A stretch of DNA of 64,000 bases. Source: Podospora anserina (Eukaryota). Of this stretch, positions 27,845 to 40,736 are shown piece after piece. The notes under the pieces are model-generated. The model searched no databases. It had not been told where the DNA came from and saw only the letters and a list, made by a program, of their open reading frames with translations. The translations under genes and the position numbers were made by a program. Position 1 is the stretch's first letter; each line of letters opens with the position of its first letter. The stretch covers positions 7,254,001-7,318,000 of the forward strand of contig CM030332.1 of the NCBI GenBank assembly GCA_017654855.1. The letters run 5' to 3'.

Positions 27845-28521
27845 TTCAAGACATGATGTGGTCCAGATGGGTAAACCTACTTTTGTGTGCCAATTATTTT
27901 GTGGTGGAGGTGACTCTCAACATATACACATGGCATCCGGGCCCATAAACCACCAAGTCACAGGCAAGTATATAGCCAAGGATCCCTTCCCTTCCTTGTT
28001 GGCATTTCCAGCTCACTGACGTAGCTTTCCTTCGCTGGTAAACAGGCTGTATCATTTGGCTTGCAGGATAGAAGACACACAGCGGCTTCTCTCATATCGG
28101 ACTGTCTCGTCACACGCTATAGGCAAGTAGGCAGTATCATGTCGCAAAGAAGAAAATAGACCCAGATATACCATTTCCCGTTTGCCGAAAGAAAATAAAA
28201 GCGTGCAAAAATGACATCCCATGCTCTGTGTAAGCCATGATTTAAATGACCCCCATGATGATGGTTCGGGGATTGGTCTTGATTATAACGACCTTCTCCC
28301 AAGCTGCCAGATTTCTCTTTCGCCCATGATTCGCAAAGCCAATCAATCCATAACATCATGAAAAGATTCCCATGTCTCCCAGTTTTGGTTCCCTCTCCTG
28401 GTCCTTACCCAAAGACAAAAGCTCCCGACATCGCTGCTGGTGACCGATCTTGCTTCAACTCAGAAGGAGCCGCGAACAGGGTATCGAGAAAGGTTCATCG
28501 TTGTGTTGGTGGTTGGGTAAT

Positions 28522-29057
28522 TTAAGCAGTGGGGTTAGGGTTCATCTATAGTTGTGTTGTCAGCCCAGGGCCCTTGTATGGTGATGGTTTGCTGTTCGGG
28601 ATGGTGGTACTGACCTTGCGCTTGCCACCAGTCAAGGTGATGTTGACGAAACGGCGAGTGTAAGTGAGTCTCTTCTTCGCACGGCCCTTGCTATTTCAGG
28701 TGTCAGAATGAATGTTCCGTCATCGTCAAAACCCACCCATGGGTTGAAGTCGGAAAAATTGCGGGGGTGGAACATACGGAGTCTTCTTCTTCTCCTGCTT
28801 CTCGACCTTAGGGGTCTGAGACTTGACCTTTCCTGTATCCCAGAACCGTCAGAACCCGTGTTTCGATCCATAGCTGTTCAGGCACTGCTGTCGACAAGAA
28901 TTTCTCGAGCAAGGTTGTCGTCGCGGGAGGCGACAGCGGGGAGAGAGACATACCGGCACGAGCCAAACTGAGGAGAGAACAAGTCAGTAAATCAGTCCAT
29001 CATCACAATACCTTAGACCAAGTCAAGATTATCGTACCTTCCGTGAACCTTTCCCAT
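28522..29057 (-). CDS. RPS30: 40S ribosomal protein S30 (eS30), 62 aa, 5 exons
   Basis: Exons 29057-29038, 28967-28954, 28832-28778, 28690-28615 and 28545-28522 splice to [62 protein letters not shown]. All introns are GT-AG. Confidence 0.97.
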
Positions 29058-30472
29058 TTTGAATGATTTGTGATGGGTGTTAACTACTCAAAGTCGGGGT
29101 CTTGGATGGGAGCGGGAGGCGGACGCAGCAGAGGAAGGTTTCGCAACTCGATGCTGTCGATTTCTGTGTGGATTAGGCTGATTAGCTAAGGAATTGTGGG
29201 CGTGGCGACCTGCCCCGCAGGGCTTTGAAGTGACTGACCTCTGCTGTTGCGTGGCGCAGTCCACACAGGTGAATGGCGCTGTGGGTGTATTATGTGGCTG
29301 GAGAGCTGATCGAGCTTGTGGTCCGGGCGTGTGGCTTGATCCACCTGGAGGGGGAACTGCGCACGGATCAGCCATCACAGCTGCCACAGATGATGAACGG
29401 CTTGGCAGAAGCGACAAAAGCATCAGCTCGCCGAACGAAGGGGACATGGTCACGTGGCTCGATTCTCTCACATGGCCGCCAACGCTCGTGGTAAGGGTTG
29501 CCGCATATGTTGAATGCGATCACAACAGCTGCAAAGAAGAACAGGATGATCAGAGAGGAGATCACCCAAGCTTGCCAGCGATTGCTGGAAGTTGGGGGTG
29601 CTTCCAAGTCAGAGCCCATTGTGTTGTTGTGAGCGCTGGTGACAGAGCCCAGGCTCACGTGAGCCACACGTGACTACCCTACATCATTCTGCCCCTTCGG
29701 CTCGCCTTTATGGCCCCGTCTGCTCGCCCTGGACTACTACCCATCGAACACTTGCACACAATGCTTTCAACCAGCGAACGAGGGCCAATTTCACACTTGC
29801 ACATGCTGTTCTCCGTCAGCATGTGAGCTTTGGCGGTTTGGCTGAACAGACCTTGTGTACGTACCTTCATCTCCTCCAGAGAACCCCGGGACTGGATGGC
29901 GTCAAAGCCCTGTGCTGTCAAGAAGTTGACCTCACCCATATCATCAAGCAATCATTATCTTGAGTTGAACACTTTCATTCTCTCGACAACCCACCACCAC
30001 CGCAACTTATCTGCTAAGATATCTTCAGCCAAGATGGAGAAAGCCTCAATAGCCTGAGGTTAACTTGGCCTTACGTGATAATAGAACTCTTCTCAACCAA
30101 TGACACTTCTATCTCAAGTCTCCTCCAGTTGTTCGTCCAACTTGGGACATTTTACCATCAGTCGAGGTGATGAGGGATTATCAGATCAGATTGATAAGAA
30201 GTCTTGGCCCTCGCCTCTGCAGCTGTGTTTCCACTTTTCCCCACTCCCCTGCCAACGTCAACGCTTGATCGTTCGACTCCATAGTCTTGGCCCAGGGTTG
30301 TGGTTGGTGCAACCAAGGTCACCCGCTTCCGCACTGGCATCCACCCCATTGGCAGGCAAGAGCTACAAAGACCCTTTACAAAGACCGCCCTCTTGTTTGA
30401 TATCGTTCCCCTTTCCGTTTTGACCCTCTTCATCTTTTACTCTCCATTAAACCACAAATCCCCCCCTCCAGA

Positions 30473-31243
30473 ATGAAACCCACCACCCTCCTCTCCACCT
30501 TCCTCCCCCTCACCTCGGCCTACTCCATCCCCAAGGACTCAACCGCCCCCAGCAGCAATGCCTTCAAGATCCCCACCGCCCGCGAATCCGCCATCCTCGC
30601 CCGCCGAATCCTAACCCTAACCCCGCTAGGCACCATCTCGACCATCTTCCCCTCCACCACCTCGTCTCGCAACCCCCCAGGAATTGAAGGCAAACCCCAC
30701 GCCCTAATGGAATACATCTCCGCCTGTGACCCCCTCGCACCCTCCAACCCGACCCTCTTGTCCCTCAACATCTCCTCCACCTTCCGCAACGCAGCCAACG
30801 CCAACCTCTCCCTAGCCATAACCTGGACCCCCCCTCCCCTCCCCCCTCCCTCAAGGTCCTTCCTCTCCCATCTAAACCCCTTTTCTTCCGAACCCCCCGT
30901 TCAGCCCCAATCCTACAGCGCCGCCGCTCTCCCGCGGTACTCCCTGATGGGGTATCTCGAACCCATCCCCGGAGCGGACGACCCAAAGAGTGATGTGGGC
31001 AAGCTGGTTCAAACTTGCTACACCAACACGCATCCGGACGCGAAGTACTGGCTTCCGGGAAATAGGATTCACGAGAGCCACTTTGTGAGGTTGGTGGTGA
31101 CGGAGATTTACTGGGTGGGCGGGTTTGGGGATAGGGCGTATATCGGGTGGATTGACGCCAAGGATTGGGAGAGTGTGACCGAGAAGGAGATTGAGGGGGC
31201 GAGGTTGCCTGGGGAGAAGCCGCTTGAAGGGGGGGATCTTTAG
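30473..31243 (+). CDS. Secreted CREG-like / pyridoxamine 5'-phosphate oxidase-like split-barrel protein
   Basis: Signal peptide, plus HPDAKYWLPGNRIH and IYWVGGFGDRAYIGWI motifs. Confidence 0.8.
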   Translation: MKPTTLLSTFLPLTSAYSIPKDSTAPSSNAFKIPTARESAILARRILTLTPLGTISTIFPSTTSSRNPPGIEGKPHALMEYISACDPLAPSNPTLLSLNISSTFRNAANANLSLAITWTPPPLPPPSRSFLSHLNPFSSEPPVQPQSYSAAALPRYSLMGYLEPIPGADDPKSDVGKLVQTCYTNTHPDAKYWLPGNRIHESHFVRLVVTEIYWVGGFGDRAYIGWIDAKDWESVTEKEIEGARLPGEKPLEGGDL

Positions 31244-31809
31244 GGGTGGTCTTGATCTTCTGAGAAAGGGGTGGAGGGTTGAAGTTGGGATTGGGGATAG
31301 GTGTGGCGTAACTGTGGCGTTGACAGGTGCGTGATTTGATGGATGAGAGGAGTATGAGGCAGGCATGGATGAAGCATTGGACTATTATGAATTGGTTTGA
31401 GGGAGCATACGTATAGGTGTCAATCAGTGGTGGGTGTGTTTCAGGTTGTGGCAGCGGGTTGGCGAGTATTGTTCATTCAGGGCAACCAGAAATATACACA
31501 TACCAAATCTGAACCCCTTTTCAACATATCCTTACACTGTATGTATGGTCTCGTATTTTAACAAAATGCTGAGTTGTCCGGTGGTTGCCATCAAGTCCAA
31601 ACCTTCAAGCAAAACCGACCCAAAATCGGGTATCAACACCATCATGTTCAATCCTATAAAACCTAAATAATAGACTCATAGAAACTCCCTCCCCAAAACC
31701 CCGACTGATAATTAAACTCGATATGTTTTAAAGTGGTCAAGTGTTACCCTTCTTCTTCCTACACTCTTCTCCAAACCGTAGCATGTCATCAATAGTCATT
31801 AGCCCATCT

Positions 31810-34800
31810 TCAGTCCACTCTCAAAATCACCTTCCAACCCAACGCTCCCGCCTCCCTAATCGCGCATGCCAGACAGCCTCTTCTTCTCCGACTAACAACC
31901 ACATTCCACCCCCTCTCTGCACACACCGCCCGAGCCAACATCTCCATGTCACTGCCGAATTGCCGTCTTCTACTCTCGCTGTGCATCTTCTTCGAGGCGC
32001 TCTCCAGCTTTCCCTCAAAAGTACCTCCAACTGGGGAGAGAGGGGAGTTCATGCTGTAGCTGTCTGACCGGCTGATAACCGGTGACAGAGGGATCTCGTG
32101 TTCTTGAGGTTGGGGCTGAAAGCCAGTGATGCAGTCTACCACGAGGAATTTTGCCGCAGGAGGGGAGGACGAAGCAGGTGTCTGGCTTGGTTTGTGAGGG
32201 GCGTTGGAGTAGTCACCCAGCAGAGCTTCAAGTGTAAAGTCTTTCTTGGAGAATAGCAGGTCCGAGAGATGGAGCGCAGTGTATGCGAAGTACTTGTGAA
32301 GGGGATGGCCTGCCGTATTGTTAGTTACCAACGATAGGAGTGACAGACAGAGAAACCTACCAAGAACAGTAGCAGCCTTACCACTACCATCACCATTCAA
32401 ATCCACCTGCCGAATAGTCGGGCTGCTTGGCGACTTCATAATCTTGACGTGCTGCGACGGCACACACGGGTGTGCAGTCACAAAGTTGATATCCTTCGCC
32501 AGCGAGAAGGTGTGCTCGGTCACCTCCTCCGTGTCCATATCCGTAACCGTAAAGCTAATGGCCGCCGGATAGGTGTGAATCTCGGGAGGCCGGCTGCTGA
32601 CTTCTGAAACCGGTGTTACTCCGTTGCTCTCACTAGGTGTGGTGTGCACCGAATCGGCCGGCGCGCAAAGCTGCAATGCCTCGAAGCCGATGTGAATCAT
32701 AGGCGGGACCCTGTCCCGGTAAATGTTTTCAAATGGAATGATAAAGTCCGCCGGCAGAACAGAAGAAGGGTCGGCGTCACCGAGAACGTTGGATTCGTTT
32801 TCAATGGCGCGCTTGCCCCAGAGGCGAGCCTTCTTGTCGACATGGAGGGCGTCTTCGGCAGTCTCTTCGACTTCGATGTTGACCCAGCCGTCTCCAAGCC
32901 CAAGAGGTGTGACGTCACTCGAAATCCATCCCATGCATTCTACGGCACCCTTGCCTGCAGCGAGCACACGGCCGACGATGCAAGCAGTGCTCCAGAAGCT
33001 CTTGCCAGAGTAGACGAACCCAGCACAGAGGTTTGCCATGGGGCCCAGCCTCGCCATGGCTTCTGGGTCGTTCTCCAGCAGAGTTGCCATCAAGAAATGG
33101 CACAGTCCTTCCCCGGGCAACATCAGGCCGGACACATAGCTCTTGGAAAGCCAGCCAGAAGAGTGCAGTGCAGCCGAGATCTTTCTTCGTCTGGATGCCG
33201 CCCGACGAGACTTCGAATTGGGTCTAGGGACCGTAAAATACGACGAGCGTTGACTGTCGGCTCGGCTGCTCGGACTGGCGAGGGGTGTGGTCAACGGAGT
33301 GCCTTCCACCACGGCGCGGCAGTTGTCAGAGATTGTCGAGACATAGGACTTCTCATCCGGCCACCACAATCTCCTGGCAAAATGCTCCAGGCCCTTAAGC
33401 TGACGCTGCACGTGCTTTCCTCTGATGAGATAGGCCGGATCATGGTGATGATTTTTATGGCCATGTCCATGTCCATGCCCGTGTTCGCGAGACAGAGACA
33501 TGCGTTTGGTCAACGAAGCCAACCACCCAGAAGAAGGCTTCTCATCTGATGACCTCTCCGCGCCCTCTGTCTTGACGACCTCGATGTTTTCCAACCAAGC
33601 TCTTGCAAGGATGAGCGACCACTTCACCGACTTGTTCGCATCTCTCTCGAACCGCAAAATCTCCGCCGGTCGAATACTCTCCACTCCCAACTCGTCTCCC
33701 TCCGTGATTGCATCCAACCTGATGAGCAACTCACAAGCCAGCAAGATCTGCATCAGCAACCAATACCTCTCCTCAAAGATGTCGCCCGACGAATCTCCCG
33801 TCCCGATCGAAGCCCCATCATCCACCTCATCCCCCAAATCATTCCCCCACAGCAGCTGTCCCAACCTGATTCTCCACTCCACGTGCGAGAAATCAATCCA
33901 CATGTTCGGGGCCGCCAGCACCTTGACCAAGGCCGAAATCTGCACGGCAAGACTGTACGGATCCCGGTGGTCCAGCACCTTCGTCGGCGGGTGGAGAATC
34001 TGGAGGAACAACTCATTGTAAAGTTCGCTCGAAACCCTCTTCTCCCGCAAGTGCTTCTCCGTATACCTCGCCCCATTCTTGATCAGCTGCTCCATGATCA
34101 GACTCTCCTCAATATGTCTCAGCCCGTCCTTGGACGTCAGCATCTTTTGCCTCTGCTCAATCACCGCCGGGGTCCTCGTGCCAATGCTCTCAAACCCCCA
34201 TTGCTCTTCCTGGAGCGCGTCTGCTACCGACAGCTCCAGTGCGGCTTGGTATCCCAGGCTGCCCTTTTCCAGCCCAAACATGCTCAGCATGTTCGGCCGC
34301 TCGCGGCAGCGGGGGTAAAAGTGAGCTCGGCGTTTCTGCTCCGAGGCCCGCTGGGCGGTGGACCGGTCGGCGTGGACATCGCGGGTGATGTGAGGCCAAG
34401 CCGTGACGCAGCCCCAGGCCTTGTCTTCGATCTGCGTGTGGTCTGTGAGATCCCTGATCTCGAGAGACTCGTCCCAGGGAAAGGCAACCGAGGGGTGAGG
34501 TGCGCCGGTGTAGTGGCCCTCGGAGCGGGCAAAGTACTGAGGTGCTCCCGAGAAGAGCTTCTCAACCTCCGAGTCTGTGAGGGTGGCCATGATGCGGGCG
34601 ATCTTGAGGGTTGGCTTTGGGGGTGGAAACCGGGCCTGTTCGCTACCAGGCGGAGGTGGTGAGGGGAGCGGCTTGTTCGGGTTGATGGGGGAGCGCGGGG
34701 ACAGCGGCGAGAGGGGTGAAAGTGGTGTGGACCGTACCGATGTCTCCAAGGGCTGGGTTGTGTATCACGAATTGGTCAGCCAGGAACACTCATTGCTTCC

Positions 34801-35695
34801 AAGTATGGTCATGAAGAAGGACAAATGTATCGTTAGAAGGAGTCTGGAAACTATCCAAAAGTCTTTGTTGAGGTGGTTGAGGTTGTCTGGAGTCCCGCAA
34901 GGTCCCCAGTCTGCCCTCGTACGATTGGCGCAGGAACCAGTCTCGGGAAGACGTCGAGGTCACGCGGTGTCCCTCAGGGGTGACGACACTTCGAGCTGTT
35001 CTCTACTAGCAACCCTAGGGGCACCCCTCCGTCGGTGGCTTGGCTTTCCAGATTCTCCAAGCTGCAGGAAAGAGGCCATTCGGGTTGTCACCTCTTCAGA
35101 ACAACCTGGAACCAAGTGTTTGCACTGGACGCTCGGCGGGCAAGCTAATTGACTGACTGCCTTGTTCCCTTTTTCCCTTTTTCCCATTGTTTTCTGCCAT
35201 TTGGCCAGAGCAAACAAGACAATGGAAATGAGGGGTAAGAGACACACCCAACGGCTATCGATTACCCAACAGTGCAGGTTTCCCCAGACCGGCAATCAAT
35301 AGGGAAAATCTGGGGAAGGGCGGAGGTCTGGGTCGGGGCTTGCTTACCTCTACCGCTGTGCCTCGTCTTGGGGGCCATCTTCCCCGCTGAGGGGTCAACT
35401 CTGATGGTGCTGGTGGCTGCTTTCCCACGAGTCGGCTTCGAAGGTCGTGCAACAGGTCTCTATTGAAGCCCCGCCGTTCTTTCCTGCCGTCTCTATTGTT
35501 GACGTCTGACGGCTTGGATGCTTCGGGTTCGGGGGTCGAGCTTGTTGTGCTGTTGATGCGACTTGCAGCGGATGGTGAGGGGCTGCTGACGTCGCTTTCC
35601 TCTGGCGTTGACGAGGTCTTGGCGTCGTCTTGCACTGGGGGATCACCCCTCTTGTGGCCCTTTGGCGATCTTCGCAATATCGAGAACGAAGGCAT
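31810..35695 (-). CDS. Large hypothetical protein with C-terminal SRRRRGCLACAIREA motif; 5' exon structure uncertain
   Basis: 979-codon open frame at 31810-34749 with a probable in-frame intron near 32312-32359. Likely first exon MPSFSILRRSPK at 35695 with a gtaagc donor at 35347. Confidence 0.7.
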
Positions 35696-36775
35696 GGTGC
35701 GGAGTATGTAATATGTGCTCGCAGTGTCCTCGCAGTGTCCTCGCAGTGTCGTGCCCGCTTCTTGGGTCTGTACTCCCCGGTGTGGTCAGGTTTCATCCAA
35801 TACTGCAGCCAACCCAACTCATGCCGGCCGTCGTGTCTGTGGTGCTTGTGCTTGTGGCGGCCAGACGGCTACTCGCAGGACACATTGGAAAGAGTTCATA
35901 AAAGAAAAATCCCGAGTCGATCACAGGAAAAGAGGGGACCCAGGATGACCAGGAGATCAAATATCAAGGCAGTAGAAACCTTGAGACGGTAGATAACAAC
36001 CTGTTTGAGATGGGCCGAAAACGGACGTCACGGAGCGTGGGAGCGAGATACAAGAACCTGGGTCTAATGTCCGTCAGTTATATCATCAAGCCGCCCTTCC
36101 ACGCGGAACCCAAGCGATGAGTTGGAAACAAGGAAGCCAATCGCGGACCCAAAGAGGCAGGTCTCTGCTTCGATTCGCAACTTGCTGCATTATTCTGCTA
36201 TGGTTATTACGATGGGCGAACCCCTCCCCACTCTCCCCACGCTCCCAAAACACCCAAGATACATTGTACACGGTGTATTAGGATCAAGGATCGCGGGAGT
36301 TATGCGCATTGTTTGAGAGTTCGAAACCCTAGTACCAGCTTTTGATATTCCATGAATGACCTCAGGCGAGGTCTAGTGTGTTTCGTCGTGGCTGACTGAA
36401 CCAAGCCTGGAACTTACACGTGTCAACGGCGACATCTGATTTGCTGGTTTTGATCCGTAGCCCTTGGGTTCACCGTCGATTCTCTCTCGTTGAATGGGTG
36501 AGCAGGAATAGCATACGGGTGATTCCGTCGGTTTTTGTCCGAATTGAGCGGTGTCGTACTAACTTTGACACAACTGCTAAGATTGTTCGTCACCGCGGTG
36601 GAAGTTTTAACGTATTATCAGCCGCCTCGATGGGAGGGTAATCTCGGGGTATCATTTCAAGTTTTCAGTAAACGCCAATAACCTCAACTCCTGCTGCCAT
36701 GTTTGAATGAACCGTATTCATGTTCAGAATGCCGGATGCAAACCAGCCAGCCCTCCTCGCCCGCTTCCTCATTGT

Positions 36776-37326
36776 TCAGCCGCTATTTGGCTTGTCATGA
36801 GCGACAGCCAGTATGAACTTGGGGTCCGTGATGATGACAAGTTCTTGAGTGGCGGTACGCAGCCTTTGCAGTCGAGCTGTATCCTACAGAAACATCAGCT
36901 TCAAGCGCAAAATCCCAACAGCATCTCAAAACCCACCTCCTTATTCAGGTCTTGCACGAACTGTTCTGTTACGTCGACATAATTCCAAACAAGGGTTGCA
37001 AGCTCGACCACGCCCTCCCTATCAGCAGTTGAAGGTTCGGCCGCTCCGTCGCTTGGTGCATCATTGGAAATCGATGGCTTTGAAGATTCGGAGCTCTCCT
37101 TGCGGAATAAATCCGTGTTTCCGCCTGTCTTCAACACATTGCCCGTCTCGCGGTCAAGGACTAGAATTGCCTTGACACCCGGTTTGCCCAGTAAACGGTC
37201 AAAGTTCTTGCTGATGTATTCAAAATCCGTCTATCCAGTCCTCTGTCAGATTGGTAAAAGGTCGCCATCTTGGATGCCATCAAGTGACTGGGCAACACAA
37301 CATACCATTTCCGAGTGGTCTGCCAT
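36776..37326 (-). CDS. Roadblock/LC7 (dynein light chain roadblock-like) domain protein, 3 exons
   Basis: Introns 37231-37305 and 36884-36936 give MADHSEM-TDFEYISKNFDRLLGKPGVKAILVLDRETGNVLKT...LVWNYV...DTARLQRLRTATQELVIITDPKFILAVAHDKPNSG*, a typical roadblock pattern. Confidence 0.85.
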
Positions 37327-37803
37327 TGTTTTTATGACGGAGCAATGTCGTGACGGGGAGCGGTGAGACACAGAGTGTTTGTCTTGCGCGTAGAGTTATG
37401 TTTCATGAAATCAGATCAGGATAAAATGAGTGTATCCATGAAGCTGCCGAGCGCTCTTTCAGTTCCTTGTTTGCTTTGAATCTGGATACTGTGGACGTGA
37501 ATCCGAAGCTTCTCCATATCATCAAATGCCAGCTCTCAGCGATCAACCCCAGGACGACCCACTGTGGTCTTGGCCCCACACACCCCCTGCCTGCGGAAAG
37601 AGTCTGTGCTCCAGCTGGGAGTGGGCCCCCCGCATTGGCGACAGCTTGTCAACGAAGGGCGGACCATTCTGCCCGGCTTCACCGCTAAAATTTCCAGTCG
37701 ACCCTACCTTATCTCAACGTTCACATCGACATCGTCGCTGTTTGCGCCAGCCACTTGATATATTGAGAATTTTGAGGGTCGTCCATCACCTTAAGACGTC
37801 AAG

Positions 37804-38929
37804 ATGGGTTCGAGTATGAGAAAGAAAAGGGAGAAGAAGAGGGACTTCAATGTACGATATCGCAAGTCGTTTCAGTCGCAGGAACACAAACTGATTGATG
37901 CATCCTAGAAAGCCAAGTTGAAAGTGGGAAGGGAAAAGGCGAAGGCGGCCAATTTCACAGACACCAGCTTCAAATCAAAATGTACATCTCTCCACGTTCC
38001 CAGATCTACCATACATGTGCTAATACACCGTAGCCATTCACATCAATCAAGGAGCCCTCACATCGGACGGCATAGACTCGGCCGAACAATTCAAGCAGAA
38101 TCTATCAATGTGTATCTCGGCGAAGTCTGATACCCAACGGCGCGAAGCCGTCGCCTACATCACCAACCAAATATCATCAACCCCGCCAAACAATCCAGTT
38201 GGGACGTCAGGAGTCCTGAGCAAGCTGCTTCCGCTGTTATCAGATGCGTCAACGTCGGTACGCGCCCAGCTTCTGAAGCTGTTCCGAGCATTGCCGCCAT
38301 CAGAGGTTGGGGCGCATGTGGAGAAGATTCTCATGTACATCCGCGGGGGCATGACCCATCTTTCACCAGATATTCGCACAGACACGCTCGCCGTCCTGGA
38401 TTGGCTTCTCGATGTGGCAGGGGATGAAGTGGTTTCTTGTTCAGGAGGCTGGTTGAAAACAATCAACAGCTTCAGCTCCATGCTCGGGTGGAATCCCAGT
38501 GTTGGCTCAGCCATGACCAGCAAAGGCTGGACGACGGCATCCAAAGCCACTCTGGGTACTAAGAAGGGCCCTGAAGCTCAGGCGAGACAGATCCAAGCTC
38601 TCGCCAGGTTTCTCGAAGTCGGCTTCAAGCCTGAAGCTCCGATTCCTGTCCAATCTGCGGCTTACTGGGACAGCATATATCGCCTGCCAACCACACCAAA
38701 TCCCTTTGCATATCTCAACCTTTTCGGGATACCGCGAGACGAGGAAAACGAAATGTATCTCGATCGTGGGTCGCGGCAGCGTGTTTTCGATGCCAGATGG
38801 AGAGCCACCATCGCGACTGGTATGGAGGGTGCCAGGAAGGAGGGGGGAACGGTTGGGAGGGCTGCAGCTGCGCTGGGGAGAGCCTTGAATGGCGGGTTTG
38901 ATGGTCCTGAATCTGGATCTGAAAATTAG
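37804..38929 (+). CDS. IPI1: Pre-rRNA processing protein Ipi1 (Rix1 complex)
   Basis: MGSSMRKKREKKRDFN-KAKLKVG...ANFTDTSFKSK and GMTHLSPDIR motifs. Introns 37852-37908 and 37982-38033. Confidence 0.92.
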
Positions 38930-40736
38930 CATTTTGTGGAGTTTGTTCTTTGATGTTTTCGGATTCCTTTTGACTTACGGAGTACGGCATGGGATCTAAG
39001 CGGCGACCCTGCTTTTTTTTGTTTGCTTGGGCTTTCGCTGCTAAGTCACTTTATATCAGGGCTGTTGTTTCTTCTGGCATTTTCAACCAGATGCGTGTCT
39101 GCTTTCTCTCTACCTCACCTCCTGCCTCTTTATCGCTGCAGGCTGCGGCTGGCCGGTCCTCTGCTTTCCCGTGCCATAGAACAGGTTATGTGCCTTCCTT
39201 GGGGCATGGAGGGCAGCGGGTTCTGTTGACTGGGAACTGTACAGTTTGGATGAACAATGCAGTTAGTGGTGGGACAAGCATTCGTTTCGATGCCAAACAA
39301 CCCGCGAGCCATGTTCTGAGGTGCTGCCTGTCGTTATGAACCAAAACATGCTTGCAGCAACATAGGAAACATACCTAGAGCTCCATCGCAACGCACAACT
39401 CCTGAGACCCCTGAGCCTATCCGTTCCCATCCCTTGATTGCATATCCTCAAGCCCAAACGAGGTGTGTATAACAAATCTGTTGGCCACCATAGAATACCA
39501 CCAGATTCCGGCTCAGGCCACAATAAAGAAGATTAGAATCTCCAAATGCTGCCGTGACTTCGCACCATTGCCGCCGAGACTTGGAAGCGGACCCAGCCGG
39601 AGCAGGTACACATCACCAACGTCGCCGTCGTTGACCTTGTTCTATTGAGTTCCGGCCCCAAACAAAGAATCTTCAGCGCCAAACGCCGGTCTTCAACAAC
39701 CAGCCCATCAAGCCCTAATCTGCCGCCGGCCCCGTCATAGGGTCCCGTAATAAAGGCACATAAAAAATCCGAACCTATCCGGAACGTGCCAGTTCCTTCT
39801 CAGAGAGCCACGGTCACTATAAGCGGGCCATCACTGCTGTTTGCCGGCATTTCTCAACTGTCTGGGTATAAATTCCTGGTCACGTTGCCCTCTCCCAGAT
39901 CTTTCTTCCTTCACCACACAACCACCATCCTCCGACAGGCCTGTTTAAAGACAGAACTTCACACCACCACTTCTCCAGTATCTATCAGACAAGACTGTCA
40001 ACCCACAGTAAGTACATCTCATTCTCACCACCACATCAGCTTTCCTCTCCTCACCTTGTCCTCTCCCTCCCTCTTCCTCACCACAGCCAGTCTGTCAGTC
40101 TTCTGTTGGCAATAACACCGAGGACGTCATCACTCTAGAGACTGCACTGCCCTTTAACTCCCTCGACCAGTGTCAACGACTTTTAGTCACGCCAGGGTCA
40201 GTCATATTCTTGTCCTTGGGAAGTCCGGCAGGAACGACCTGTCGCTGCTGCCAGGGTTAGCACCCGTTTCCCGCACCTTCAAACCTATTCCACTTCAGCC
40301 AGGATGGTCGGTCCTTTCGTTCCTTCCTCAACACCACAGGGTAACCTCACCATACACGTCATATAAGAGGCGTTCCTTCCCCTCAAACCAGCCTCAAGCA
40401 CCTTGATCGCCTGGATTCCTTGTTGCCTTTCCGTCCTTTCACCTTCCCACTGCCCACCTTCTTCCACGTAGGACTTGGGTTCTTCTCCCTTCTGCCCTCT
40501 GCCCTCTGCCCTACCTATTACCCTTTTCCCCTCCCGGCCTGACCGCCTCCCACTGTTGTCTGCCTTCCACCTTCAAATATTTCCCCGCTCTCTCCTCTCA
40601 TTTCTCATCCCTATCTCTTCTTCTCCCACCCTCACTCTCTTCGAAGACCTTTCTTTGGTCCTCACCTTCAATGCCTGTCCTTCTCTAATTGTTTTGTCAG
40701 AACCTCGTCGGTCTACCACTCTCAATCGCCATCGCC

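Noticed and set aside
29088-29673. Short ORFs upstream of RPS30, one with a hydrophobic stretch
   Set aside because: They lie in the RPS30 promoter region and show no motif or convincing gene structure.
36315-36345. Isolated B-box-like GTTCGAAAC (a similar motif lies on the minus strand near 17652-17660)
   Set aside because: No A box or cloverleaf nearby, so it is compatible with chance.
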